From: Microcoleus sp.
Lineage (GTDB): Bacteria; Cyanobacteriota; Cyanobacteriia; Cyanobacteriales; Microcoleaceae
Assembly (NCBI GenBank): GCA_052279835.1
Contig: CP181291.1
Coordinates: 1,632,001 to 1,696,000, forward strand
Reading direction: 5' to 3'
DNA: 64,000 nt
Positions 19,530 through 29,065 of the stretch are shown one piece after another. The notes beneath the pieces were generated by a model. That model was not told where the DNA came from and made no database searches. It worked only from the letters and a program-made list of their open reading frames with translations. The translations under genes were made by a program, and so were the position numbers. The first letter of the stretch is position 1. Every line of letters begins with the position of its first letter.

Positions 19530-21719
19530 CTAATGACAACTGACGATCGGAATTTCGATCGCAAACTCAGTACCTACTCCAGTTTCAGAAACGCATTCCA
19601 GCCGCCCCCCGTGTTGTTCCACAATTAAGTGGTAAGAAATAGACAGTCCCAACCCCGTACCCTTACCCACAGGTTTTGTTGTAAAAAATGGGTCAAATAA
19701 TTTAGAACGAATACTATCCGGTATGCCGCCACCGTTGTCGGAAATTCGGATCGCCACAAAACCCGTGTCAATCACTTCCGTGCGAATAGTAATAGCGGGA
19801 AGACTCAAGGGAGAACTAACACTTGGCGAGGGTGGATTTGTGCTATTTCCCATGAACCATTTACCCTTCTTGATTTCTTCATCTACAGCATCTATAGCAT
19901 TACTGATAATATTCATTAACACTTGATTTATCTGACCTGCACAGCACTCAACGTGGGGCAAATCGCCGTATTCTTTAATGATTTGAATAGCTGGATGTCC
20001 GCCTTGAGCTTTGAGTCGGTGCTGCAAAATCAGCAAAGTGCTGTCAATGCCTTCGTGAATGTCCACTAGCTTGATGTTAGCTTGATCCGATCGCGAAAAA
20101 TTACGCATTGACAAAACTATTTGGCGGATGCGATCGGTTCCTACCTGCATGGAAGACAGAATTTTAGATAAATCTTCTACTAAAAAATCGACTTCAATAT
20201 CTGCTGCTGCTTCTCTAATTTCCGACACTGGTTCCGGGTAGTGATGCTGGTAAAGTTCCAAGAGTTGAATTAATTCTTTGACGTAATGACTGGTGTGAGA
20301 AAGATTGCCATAGATAAAATTAACTGGATTATTAATTTCATGGGCGATACCGGCAATCATTTGTCCCAAAGAAGACATTTTTTCTGTTTGGACAAGTTGA
20401 CTTTGAGTTTGCTGTAACTTCCGCACAGTTTGCTCTAATTCCTGGGCTTGTATCTTCAAGGAATTTTGCTTGCGTCGCAGCACTTCTTCAACTCGCTGAC
20501 GTTTAATAATATCTCGTCTCAACAATTCATTAGATTCTAAAAGTTGAGCAGTGCGTTCTTCAACTTGTTTTTTCAAGTCGTCATGAGCTTGGCGTAGAGC
20601 TTCTTCTGCCCGTTGTCGCTCTAAAATTTCTTGCTGCAATTGCTGATTTGCCAGTTGAAGTTGGGAGGCTCTATCATCCACTGCTTGTTGCAAAATTTCG
20701 ATGGTGCCGTACATTTCAGATGGATTAAAAACGGGCGGCAAACTTGACTGAGACAGTACACCCAAAAGCTCTCCCTGAGTGCCAATTACGACCAAGCGGC
20801 GGACACAATGCCGCTGCATTTCCTGGTGAGCTTTCCACAGGGAATCGGTGGGAGATATACAAAATAAGGGGGAACTCATGGCATCAGCCACGGAGATTTG
20901 GGAGAAATTTAATTCGAGGGCGTGAAACTGCACGATATCGCGCTCAGTGACTATACCTACAGGAATTAATGGTGCGGAATTGGTGGTGAGAAATGGACTA
21001 TTTTCGGTTGGTGCGATCGCGGGTTGTGTAGGGTCAATTGGGGTGTCAACGATCGCGATGTAATTGACTTGATGCTTGACCATGAGCTGCGCTAAATCGA
21101 GGGCTGAGGCAGTTTTTGGCGCATAAATGACTTCTTTGGTCATCACATCTGCTACACAGCGTAAATTGCTTTGTAGGTTAACTGGTTGCAGAGCTTCGTA
21201 AATTGCTTCGCGGGTGATGATTCCCAAAAGTCGATCGTCGGCGTCCACTAAGGGTAAATGCCGGATTTGGTGTTGTCGCAACAGGAAGATGGCGGTGAAA
21301 ATATCTGGAGAATCGGATTGTTTGAGAGTAATGGGCGATGAAGTCATCACGTCAGCCATCGTCAGACCGATCGAACAAGCGGATGCCGTGGTTAACTTGA
21401 TGATATCCCGCTCAGTGAAAATACCTATGAGTCGCGATTCTTTGACTACTAACACGCAACTGCGTTTGGTAGCGTTGGAAACTGGGTGTGGTCGATCGCC
21501 CGAAATGTGACAGGATATCCGCATCGGGTTCATCAGAGCCAATACCTTGGCGATGGGAGTTTCTGGAGTAACTATGAGAGGATGGCGATCGATCGCGCTA
21601 TCTAAAGGTGACGAATAGAGGGGGCGAGTTTTTTGTCTGGTGGTTTGTGAACAGGATTTAATGGGTAATGGCTGTGGGTCACAATTTCTGAAATGTTGCA
21701 ATTTGTGTTCCTGGAGCAT
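19530..21719 (-). CDS. Cytoplasmic CBS-domain sensor histidine kinase
   Basis: Two CBS pairs ([30 protein letters not shown]), coiled coil, H-box [35 protein letters not shown]. Confidence 0.92.
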   Translation of the reverse strand: MLQEHKLQHFRNCDPQPLPIKSCSQTTRQKTRPLYSSPLDSAIDRHPLIVTPETPIAKVLALMNPMRISCHISGDRPHPVSNATKRSCVLVVKESRLIGIFTERDIIKLTTASACSIGLTMADVMTSSPITLKQSDSPDIFTAIFLLRQHQIRHLPLVDADDRLLGIITREAIYEALQPVNLQSNLRCVADVMTKEVIYAPKTASALDLAQLMVKHQVNYIAIVDTPIDPTQPAIAPTENSPFLTTNSAPLIPVGIVTERDIVQFHALELNFSQISVADAMSSPLFCISPTDSLWKAHQEMQRHCVRRLVVIGTQGELLGVLSQSSLPPVFNPSEMYGTIEILQQAVDDRASQLQLANQQLQQEILERQRAEEALRQAHDDLKKQVEERTAQLLESNELLRRDIIKRQRVEEVLRRKQNSLKIQAQELEQTVRKLQQTQSQLVQTEKMSSLGQMIAGIAHEINNPVNFIYGNLSHTSHYVKELIQLLELYQHHYPEPVSEIREAAADIEVDFLVEDLSKILSSMQVGTDRIRQIVLSMRNFSRSDQANIKLVDIHEGIDSTLLILQHRLKAQGGHPAIQIIKEYGDLPHVECCAGQINQVLMNIISNAIDAVDEEIKKGKWFMGNSTNPPSPSVSSPLSLPAITIRTEVIDTGFVAIRISDNGGGIPDSIRSKLFDPFFTTKPVGKGTGLGLSISYHLIVEQHGGRLECVSETGVGTEFAIEIPIVSCH

Positions 21720-21980
21720 AGTTTTTTATTAATTTTTCTTAATGAATTGTTACAATTTTGAAAACTTTTCTGGTCAGACGCAAGTATTAAGTACAGAACT
21801 TATGCAAAAGCTAAGAAAAAAAGGGTTTTTGAGTTAAGCGTTGGGCTTAAATCACACCAGGTTTGTTGTTCAGAAACCCAGTTTCTGAATCCTTCGTGAA
21901 GTAGTAGATAAAAGATGTTCGATCGCCTTAAATCTCATTTTTGGCCAAACCCCTTGTTTAATTTTTAATTTTTAATTGTT

Positions 21981-24605
21981 ATGTCGTGGATGCCCTTAAG
22001 TCACCGGATTCATCATTTGCCCCTGATTCTAGCCGGTCCAATTTTACGTCGAACAGAAAGTCAGGCTGTGACTGTTTGGCTAGCTCTGAAAGCACCCCGC
22101 CAAGTCGAACTCCAGGTTTACTCGACGGAGGGGGGAACTGGCGAAACGATCGCTCAACCTTTGCTCCAAGGTACTGCTTCTACCGTGCCACTGGGCCAAT
22201 ACCTGCACGTAGTGGCCGTGACTGCCAAGCCGATCGACAGCAATTGCTTGACATCTGGGCAAATATATGCTTATAATATCGAGTTTGCTGGTTGCGAGTC
22301 GTCCGCAGTTCCAGGAGTGGAAAATGAGACAGAAAATCTCCTTTCTTGCCTGTGGCCTATCGCCGAGGATTTGTCTTGTTTGGGACCTGGGACGATCGGT
22401 TATTTCGATCACCAGTTGCCCACTTTTGCCCTACCACCGCAGGATTTAAACTATTTGCGGATTGTTCACGGTTCTTGTCGCAAGCCGCACGGAGGCGGAC
22501 GAGATGCACTGCCAATCTTGGATAGTTCGATCGAACAGTTCGCAGGAATGGCAAATTCCAGACCTCACCAACTGTTTTTAACGGGTGACCAAATTTACGG
22601 GGACGATGTTGCCGATCCGATGTTGTGGGCTTTAACCGATGCTGGTGATGCACTATTGGGCTGGAAAGAGAATTTGCCCCTGACGAATGTTCAAATTCAA
22701 GATAATTTGTGTACCAGTATACCTAAAAACGGCAAAAAAACAAATAAGATTCGCGATCGAGTGACAGTTTCTACAGAGCCCCAGTTTCAGCAACAGCCAG
22801 AAATTCAGTATAAATACAAGCAACCAGTTGATTTGAAACCGGGAACTCGCACCGATATTGCTAGAGATTTTGGTGGCTTTACAGCAATGTTGGTGAATAA
22901 ACCAGACAATGCGAAAAATCATTTGTTTGGTTTGGGCGAATATTGTGCGATGTATTTGTTAGTTTGGTCCCCTGTGCTTTGGTGCAAGGGTTTTCCGAAA
23001 GGTCAGGATATTTGCGATAATGCCAAGCAGGCAAAAGTCTGGGACCGAGAAGCTTTTGAACTGGAAAGTTTTGCTCGCAATCTGTGGAGAGTCAGGAGGG
23101 CGATCGCCAATATTCCTACTTATACCATTTGTGACGACCATGATGTGAGCGATGACTGGTATTTGAATCGAGAATGGTGTCACCGGGTGCTGGGTAAACC
23201 CTTCGGGCGACGGGTGGTGCAGAATGCTTTGCTGGCTTATGCTGTGTTTCAGGCTTGGGGAAATACGCCGCAACAGTTCGATGCAGGAACAGTGGGAGAG
23301 AAATTATTAACAACTGCTGCAAAATGGTCGGATTCTGCTGGGAGTGATGATTTAGCTTGGGAAAAAGTGGCTAAGTATTTGGGGATTCCGGCTGTTGATA
23401 TTGAGACTAATTTGCCGAAGTTTAAATTAGATGAAGATGTTTTAATTTTGGATCGGGATGATGAGGCGTTGGAGTGGCATTTTACGATTAGAAGTTTTAA
23501 GCATGAGGTGATTGTGCTGGATACGCGGACTTGGCGGGGCTATCCGACGGAAAGTGCGATCGATCCGCCAATGCTTTTGACTCATAAAGGTTTTGAGGAG
23601 CAAATTCAGCAGCCTTTGAAAGAAACGGAATTGTTGAATGCAACTGGGAAGTTGGAGATTGAGGCAACTTTGGTTGTTTTACCTACAAATTTGGTGGGTT
23701 TGTGGATTATTGATGCGGTGCAAAAGTGGGATGTGGAGCACGGGAAGGTTTTTAATAGTGATGCGGGGGATGCTTGGAATTTTCATGAGTTGGCTTTTGT
23801 GAAGTTATTGGCGGAGTTTTTTAAGCGGCGCGGGAGGGTGATTGTGTTGACGGGGGATATTCATTATGCTGCTGCTGTGCGATTGAGTTATTGGTCGGAT
23901 TGTCATTTTGGGGATTGTCGATCGAATATATCGAATATTGAGTCTTTGTCAAGGGTGGATGTGGATTTGGAAACCGCAAAGGCGCAGAGAACGCAGAGGG
24001 AGGAGAAGGAGGGTGTTTTGGGTTTGGATGGGGGGAAGGATAGAGCGAGTTTTCAATATTCTGTGTTGGCGCAATTAACTGCTAGTGCTTTGATTAATGA
24101 GGAGTGGAAAACTCATTTGATTCATACTAAGATTAAGTCATTGTTTCCTGAGCGGACTCACGAGTGTTTGGGATGGAATAAGCCACTGGAATTGGTGAAA
24201 GTTTCGAGGGTTAACAGCAAGAAGTCTGTCGCTGCTGCGGTGAGAAATAGACAATCTTTGCCGGATTGGGGTTATCGGATTGATTGGATGAAACGACAAA
24301 AGGCTCGTGTATTTTTGCAGCCTGAAAGTGGGATTGTGTCAAGTAAATCTGGTCGGAATCAGGGATGGTCTTTGGGGCAGAGGTTGTGGCAGATTGTGTC
24401 GCTGTTGTGGCGCAATCGCTGGCTGCAAGAGGGTGATGAGATTGTGGGATATAGCAATATTGCGATCGTTAGTTTTCAGTGGCCCGCTGATGGTGATGGG
24501 GAGAAGGCGGCGATCCAAAATGTTTATTGGCGGCCTGTTTGGGCACCGGATAGTGTGGTTTATAGTCAATATTTTGTGTCGTTAGAAACAAATCAGGATG
24601 ATTAG
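21981..24605 (+). CDS. PhoD-like metallophosphatase, no evident signal peptide
   Basis: LAGPILRR, HGSCRKPH, LTGDQIYGDDV, DDHDVSDDW, LDTRT, LTGDIH. Confidence 0.85.
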   Translation: MSWMPLSHRIHHLPLILAGPILRRTESQAVTVWLALKAPRQVELQVYSTEGGTGETIAQPLLQGTASTVPLGQYLHVVAVTAKPIDSNCLTSGQIYAYNIEFAGCESSAVPGVENETENLLSCLWPIAEDLSCLGPGTIGYFDHQLPTFALPPQDLNYLRIVHGSCRKPHGGGRDALPILDSSIEQFAGMANSRPHQLFLTGDQIYGDDVADPMLWALTDAGDALLGWKENLPLTNVQIQDNLCTSIPKNGKKTNKIRDRVTVSTEPQFQQQPEIQYKYKQPVDLKPGTRTDIARDFGGFTAMLVNKPDNAKNHLFGLGEYCAMYLLVWSPVLWCKGFPKGQDICDNAKQAKVWDREAFELESFARNLWRVRRAIANIPTYTICDDHDVSDDWYLNREWCHRVLGKPFGRRVVQNALLAYAVFQAWGNTPQQFDAGTVGEKLLTTAAKWSDSAGSDDLAWEKVAKYLGIPAVDIETNLPKFKLDEDVLILDRDDEALEWHFTIRSFKHEVIVLDTRTWRGYPTESAIDPPMLLTHKGFEEQIQQPLKETELLNATGKLEIEATLVVLPTNLVGLWIIDAVQKWDVEHGKVFNSDAGDAWNFHELAFVKLLAEFFKRRGRVIVLTGDIHYAAAVRLSYWSDCHFGDCRSNISNIESLSRVDVDLETAKAQRTQREEKEGVLGLDGGKDRASFQYSVLAQLTASALINEEWKTHLIHTKIKSLFPERTHECLGWNKPLELVKVSRVNSKKSVAAAVRNRQSLPDWGYRIDWMKRQKARVFLQPESGIVSSKSGRNQGWSLGQRLWQIVSLLWRNRWLQEGDEIVGYSNIAIVSFQWPADGDGEKAAIQNVYWRPVWAPDSVVYSQYFVSLETNQDD

Positions 24606-24660
24606 AAAGCAGGTAGTTGAAACCCCATCTACACAGTGATAGTTATTGGGGATTATTCGT

Positions 24661-24765
24661 GATATCAAATTCCTTGACATTGGAATTATGATTTCTCTCA
24701 TCTCTTTCTCTGTGTCCTCTGTGTTCTAGTCAGGTTAAATCATTCCGATACAACCGGGATTGATC
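24661..24765. mobile_element. About 105-bp MITE-like element (ATATCAA-T-CCG...CGG-TTGATAT ends)
   Basis: Homologous to 44192-44298 and, inverted, to 57749-57853. Confidence 0.65.
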
Positions 24766-25686
24766 TTATAGAGAAACATCAAGAAAAGCATCAAAAGTTG
24801 CCCGATCGCACATAGCAACTTGAGCACCCATTTTAGTGACGCACAAAGCGCCCGCAGCCGCCCCCCAAACCACCGCCTCCTCCAAGGACAAACCAGCATC
24901 TAAGGCGGCCGCAAAACCGCCGTTAAAAGCATCACCAGCACCCACAGTATCGATCGCCTGCACCGCAAAAGCCGGGACAAACAAAGTCCGATCGGCAGTC
25001 ACAGCAACCACACCGCGATCGCCCAATTTGACGATCGCATTCTTCACACCCCGCTGCTGCAATTTTTTAGCGGCTTTAATCGCAGTTTCTGTGTCATGCA
25101 CCGCAAAGCCGACTAATTGACTGGCCTCCACTTCATTGGGCGCGATCGTATCAATTAGGGGATAAAGCTCTAGTGGCAAATCGGAACGAGCAGGCGCCGG
25201 ATCTAGAATCACTCGCACCCCCGCTTCAGATGCAATCAAAGCAGCCCTGCGGACAACTTCCAGGGGAATTTCTAACTGCAACAACAAGCTTGTAGCACCG
25301 GGTAACAGTTTTTGGAGACGTTCGATATCGGCATCACCAATATAATTATTCGCGCCCGGAATCACAATAATATTATTTTGACCGCCATCGTCTACGGCGA
25401 TAATTGCTACACCTGAATGAGAGTTTTTATCGATCGATATATTGTCTGTATTTAAACCAAAAGATTGTAAATTTGTCAACAATTCTTCACCAAATTTATC
25501 ATTGCCGACGCGCCCAATCATGTGAGTAGAAACGCCAAGACGGGCGGTGGCCACCGCTTGATTGGCTCCTTTGCCACCGCCGGCCCTCAAGAAATTGCTA
25601 CCAATAATAGTTTCCCCTGGTAGTGGCAACCGAGGGGTTTTAGCCACCAGGTCAATATTAATACTTCCAAATACGATGATGCTCAT
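24766..25686 (-). CDS. rbsK: Ribokinase
   Basis: GSINIDL, GGKGANQA, NEVEA, DTVGAGDAFNG. Confidence 0.93.
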   Translation of the reverse strand: MSIIVFGSINIDLVAKTPRLPLPGETIIGSNFLRAGGGKGANQAVATARLGVSTHMIGRVGNDKFGEELLTNLQSFGLNTDNISIDKNSHSGVAIIAVDDGGQNNIIVIPGANNYIGDADIERLQKLLPGATSLLLQLEIPLEVVRRAALIASEAGVRVILDPAPARSDLPLELYPLIDTIAPNEVEASQLVGFAVHDTETAIKAAKKLQQRGVKNAIVKLGDRGVVAVTADRTLFVPAFAVQAIDTVGAGDAFNGGFAAALDAGLSLEEAVVWGAAAGALCVTKMGAQVAMCDRATFDAFLDVSL

Positions 25687-25803
25687 AGGGGATGGGGGAT
25701 AGTTCAGGGGGCGATCGGGGATGGGGACTAAGAACTAACAAATAACTAATAACAAATAACAAATAACGTGCTACAACAGGTATGATCTACATTGGTCAAT
25801 TCC

Positions 25804-26499
25804 ATGGCTGCACTCACTCTCGATCGCAATCCCTGTGTCCTGCTGGTGGAAACCGACGAAGTTCTCGCCGGACACTTGAGTCTGGACTTGAAATCCTCTG
25901 GCTACGAACCGATAGTGGCTTCTAACATCGCCACGGGGAAACTTTTAGCCCAGGAATTGCACCCAGCTTTGATTGTGATTGACAGGATGTTAGGCCCTGA
26001 GTCGGGACTATCCCTATGTTCTCACATCAGGAGTGGGGGGAGTCGAGTGCCGGTGTTGCTGTTGATCGGGCGTGATACAGTGGACGATCGGGTGGCTTGT
26101 CTGGAAGCTGGGGCTGATGATTATTTTCTTAAACCTTACCGCACTGAGGAGTTTTTGCAGTTGGTGCGGTTGTATTTGCAGCCAGATACTACCAGCAACA
26201 ACCAATTGAGGTTTGGGGATTTAGTCTTGGATTTGGCTAGTCGGCGCGCCCTACGGAACGATCGCGCGATCGACCTGACTATGAAGGAATATGAACTGTT
26301 AAAGTATTTGATGGAACATCCCCGCGAGGTGTTGACTCGCGAACAAATTCTGGAAAATGTTTGGGGTTACGATTTTCTGGGTGAATCCAACGTAATTGAG
26401 GTTTATATTCGCTATTTGCGGCTCAAGATTGAAGATGAGGGTGAAAAGCGGTTGATTCAGACGGTACGTGGTGTGGGCTATGTGATGCGGGAATCTTGA
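25804..26499 (+). CDS. nblR: OmpR-family response regulator NblR
   Basis: Atypical receiver (VLLVETD, DRVACLEAGADDY) and wHTH LTMKEYELL...NVIEVYIRYLR; convergent with a TIGR01777 gene as is typical for nblR. Confidence 0.8.
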   Translation: MAALTLDRNPCVLLVETDEVLAGHLSLDLKSSGYEPIVASNIATGKLLAQELHPALIVIDRMLGPESGLSLCSHIRSGGSRVPVLLLIGRDTVDDRVACLEAGADDYFLKPYRTEEFLQLVRLYLQPDTTSNNQLRFGDLVLDLASRRALRNDRAIDLTMKEYELLKYLMEHPREVLTREQILENVWGYDFLGESNVIEVYIRYLRLKIEDEGEKRLIQTVRGVGYVMRES

Positions 26500-26588
26500 A
26501 AAAGTTTGAGGGAAGCAGAATTGCAGGTAGTGGAAAGTAGAGAAACCGGGTTGATTTTGCCAAACCCGGTTGGGGCTACCTACCAGCC

Positions 26589-27515
26589 TTAAAAATGCTT
26601 GACAATCTCTTCTATGGCCGATCGCAACTTGGGATATTCATACTGAAAACCACTAACTAAAGTGCGTTTAGGCAAAACTTGTTGACCTTCCAAAACAACT
26701 TTTGCCCCATCTCCCAACAGCAATTCTAAAGCAAAACTTGGCACCGGCAACCAAGAAGGTCGCTGCAAAACTTCTCCTAAAGTTTCGCACAATTCATTCA
26801 TCCGCACTGGATAGGGTGCTGTTGCATTCAACACACCTTCAACTTGGGGATTTTGCAAAGCATACAAAATTAAATTCACCACATCATCCCGGTGAATCCA
26901 AGAAAACCACTGTTTCCCAGTGCCAATGGGCCCGCCAGCAAATAATCTAAAAGCAGGTAGCATTTTTGCCAGAGCACCTCCCATTCCCAAGACGATTCCC
27001 AGGCGCAAAATTACTAAGCGGGTTCCGGTATTTTTCACTTTTTCGGCTGCACTTTCCCACTCTTTGCAAACCGCAGCTAAAAAATCATCTCCCCCAGGGC
27101 TATTTTCCTCAAACTCAGCGGTTTCGCTAGTGCCGTAATAGCCGATCGCCGATGCACTCACCAACACAGATGGTTTAGGATTAGCATTGGCGATCGCCTC
27201 GACCAATTTTGCCGTTGTTAATTTGCGACTATCAAGAATTGCTTGTTGGCGCGCCGCCGTCCACCGTTCCTCAGCAATTGGAACTCCCGCTAAATTTACC
27301 ACACCATCGCAGCCCCCGATCGAATGCTGCCAATCACCAGACTCGGCCGGAGAGTAACCGACAATCTCCAAATTCGGATAAGCTGAAGCGGGAAAAATTC
27401 GCCGAGCTCGCTCCGAGTCGCGGGCTAAAACCAGTATGCTATGTCCTTCCGAATGTAGCCTTTCTACCAAACGGCTACCTACAAATCCCGTTGCTCCAGC
27501 GATCGCTACTTTCAT
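26589..27515 (-). CDS. TIGR01777 family NAD-dependent epimerase (ThyD/YfcH-like)
   Basis: GATGFVG, VNLAG, SASAIGYYG, QWFSWIHRDD, NATAP. Confidence 0.9.
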   Translation of the reverse strand: MKVAIAGATGFVGSRLVERLHSEGHSILVLARDSERARRIFPASAYPNLEIVGYSPAESGDWQHSIGGCDGVVNLAGVPIAEERWTAARQQAILDSRKLTTAKLVEAIANANPKPSVLVSASAIGYYGTSETAEFEENSPGGDDFLAAVCKEWESAAEKVKNTGTRLVILRLGIVLGMGGALAKMLPAFRLFAGGPIGTGKQWFSWIHRDDVVNLILYALQNPQVEGVLNATAPYPVRMNELCETLGEVLQRPSWLPVPSFALELLLGDGAKVVLEGQQVLPKRTLVSGFQYEYPKLRSAIEEIVKHF

Positions 27516-27649
27516 CTTTTACCCGCAATTCACATTTTTAGTATTGTAAAACTTCATTGAGTTTATAAGCAATTATAAACAATAATGGTATTATATTGTT
27601 GAGAGTGTTGAACAAGGAATACGCACAGCCTGAAGAACGGAAATCTCAA

Positions 27650-28867
27650 ATGCAGTTAACAGAGAGGCACATCATTAAATCAACGGAACCTCGTTTCGCC
27701 GAAATTGACGAACTAGCTTTCAAATCCAAAAATCTGTACAATGCTGCCAATTACGTCATTCGTCAGAACTTTATTTATGGATGGGGCTATGTCAATTACA
27801 ACGAAATGAACCGATTGATAAAGTCTCATGAAGCATACAAGGCAATGCCAGCCAAAGTAAGTCAGCAAATCTTGATGGTGCTAGATAAGAATTGGAAATC
27901 TTTTTTTAAAGCCGTCAAAGCTTACAAAGCTGACTCTTCAAAATTCACGGGTCGCCCAAAGTTGCCAAAATACAAAGATAAAGTCAAAGGGCGAAACATT
28001 CTTGTCTATACGATTCAAGCGATTAGCAGCAAACAGTTGAGAAGCGGAATCATCAAACTTTCCGGCACTGAACTTTCAATTAAAACTAAAATTAACCCTG
28101 GCCGAATTTGTCAAATTAGGTTGGTTCCCAAATGTGATTCCTATGTAATTGAGGTAATTTATGATGCTTGTACTGAGCATAGTCGAAGTGAACCGGAGTC
28201 CACCGCCTCATATAACGACTTTGCAGCCGGTGTTGATTTGGGGTTGAATAATTTAGTGGCGCTAACTTCAAATCAACCGGGATTTATCCCGCTGTTGATT
28301 AACGGGCGGACATTGAAATCAATCAACCAGTTCTATAACAAGCGCTCATCGCGATTACAATCCCAGTTGAAAGGGAGGCGCAAAACTTCACCTCGGATTC
28401 AGCGACTAACTCGCTGTCGCAATCAGAAAGTAGAAAATTACTTGCATCATGCGAGTCGCAGGATTGTTGATATTTTGGTCGCGCAACGAATTGGAACGTT
28501 AGTAATTGGTAAAAATGCACAGTGGAAAACCGATATCAACCTCGGAAAACAGACTAATCAAAACTTTGTCAGCATTCCTCATGCTCGATTAATCGAGATG
28601 TTGGAATACAAAGCTTTTCTGGTCGGAATCAAAGTAATCATTCAGGAAGAATCTTTTACCTCCAAAGCTAACTTCCTGGGCTTAGATCCAATTCCTGTTT
28701 ACGGAAAAACAGAAAAAGAGCCTGTATTTACCGGAAAACGGATTAAGCGAGGTTTGTACAAAACATCGACTGGTCAGTTAATTAATTCTGACGTGAACGG
28801 TTCTTTTAACATTCTCAGAAAAGCAATCCCAAATGCGTTCGGCGATGGGATAGGGTCGTGGGCGTAG
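27650..28867 (+). CDS. tnpB: RNA-guided endonuclease TnpB family protein
   Basis: MQLTERHII...SKNLYN; RuvC-I GVDLGLNNL; QEESFTS; RuvC-III INSDVNGS. Confidence 0.92.
   Translation: MQLTERHIIKSTEPRFAEIDELAFKSKNLYNAANYVIRQNFIYGWGYVNYNEMNRLIKSHEAYKAMPAKVSQQILMVLDKNWKSFFKAVKAYKADSSKFTGRPKLPKYKDKVKGRNILVYTIQAISSKQLRSGIIKLSGTELSIKTKINPGRICQIRLVPKCDSYVIEVIYDACTEHSRSEPESTASYNDFAAGVDLGLNNLVALTSNQPGFIPLLINGRTLKSINQFYNKRSSRLQSQLKGRRKTSPRIQRLTRCRNQKVENYLHHASRRIVDILVAQRIGTLVIGKNAQWKTDINLGKQTNQNFVSIPHARLIEMLEYKAFLVGIKVIIQEESFTSKANFLGLDPIPVYGKTEKEPVFTGKRIKRGLYKTSTGQLINSDVNGSFNILRKAIPNAFGDGIGSWA
28166..28189 (+). repeat. 24-nt short dispersed repeat inserted in frame in tnpB
   Basis: gcttgtaCTGAGCatAGTCGAAGt encodes ACTEHSRS; the same core occurs at 33216-33230 and 40621-40636. 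Confidence 0.7.
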
Positions 28868-29065
28868 CTCAGCCGAGGCGGGTTAATCCGCTCAAAGTGA
28901 AAGCGAAAGGGGAGGGACTTGATGCCTCCCATGTCTATAAATGACTATACTTTTACCAGCTATTTTAGACCATCGTCCAAACAGTATTAGATTATACAAA
29001 ACTCTAGAACCAGGTCGCTCGCCTCACCACAAGCTAAAACTTGTTTTTCGTTAAACTGATAAGGA

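Larger units (their letters stand above)
27561..28990 (+). mobile_element. Non-autonomous tnpB-only element (IS200/IS605 or IS607 lineage); ends approximate
   Basis: Solo tnpB with no tnpA in the window; perfect hairpin gtttataa-gcaa-ttataaac at 27561-27580 upstream; structured 3' region. Confidence 0.65.

Noticed and set aside
19259..19564. 101-aa ORF containing TEKPGF (also short ORFs at 8476, 11478, 48292, 59324)
   Set aside because: Translations of intergenic repeat elements
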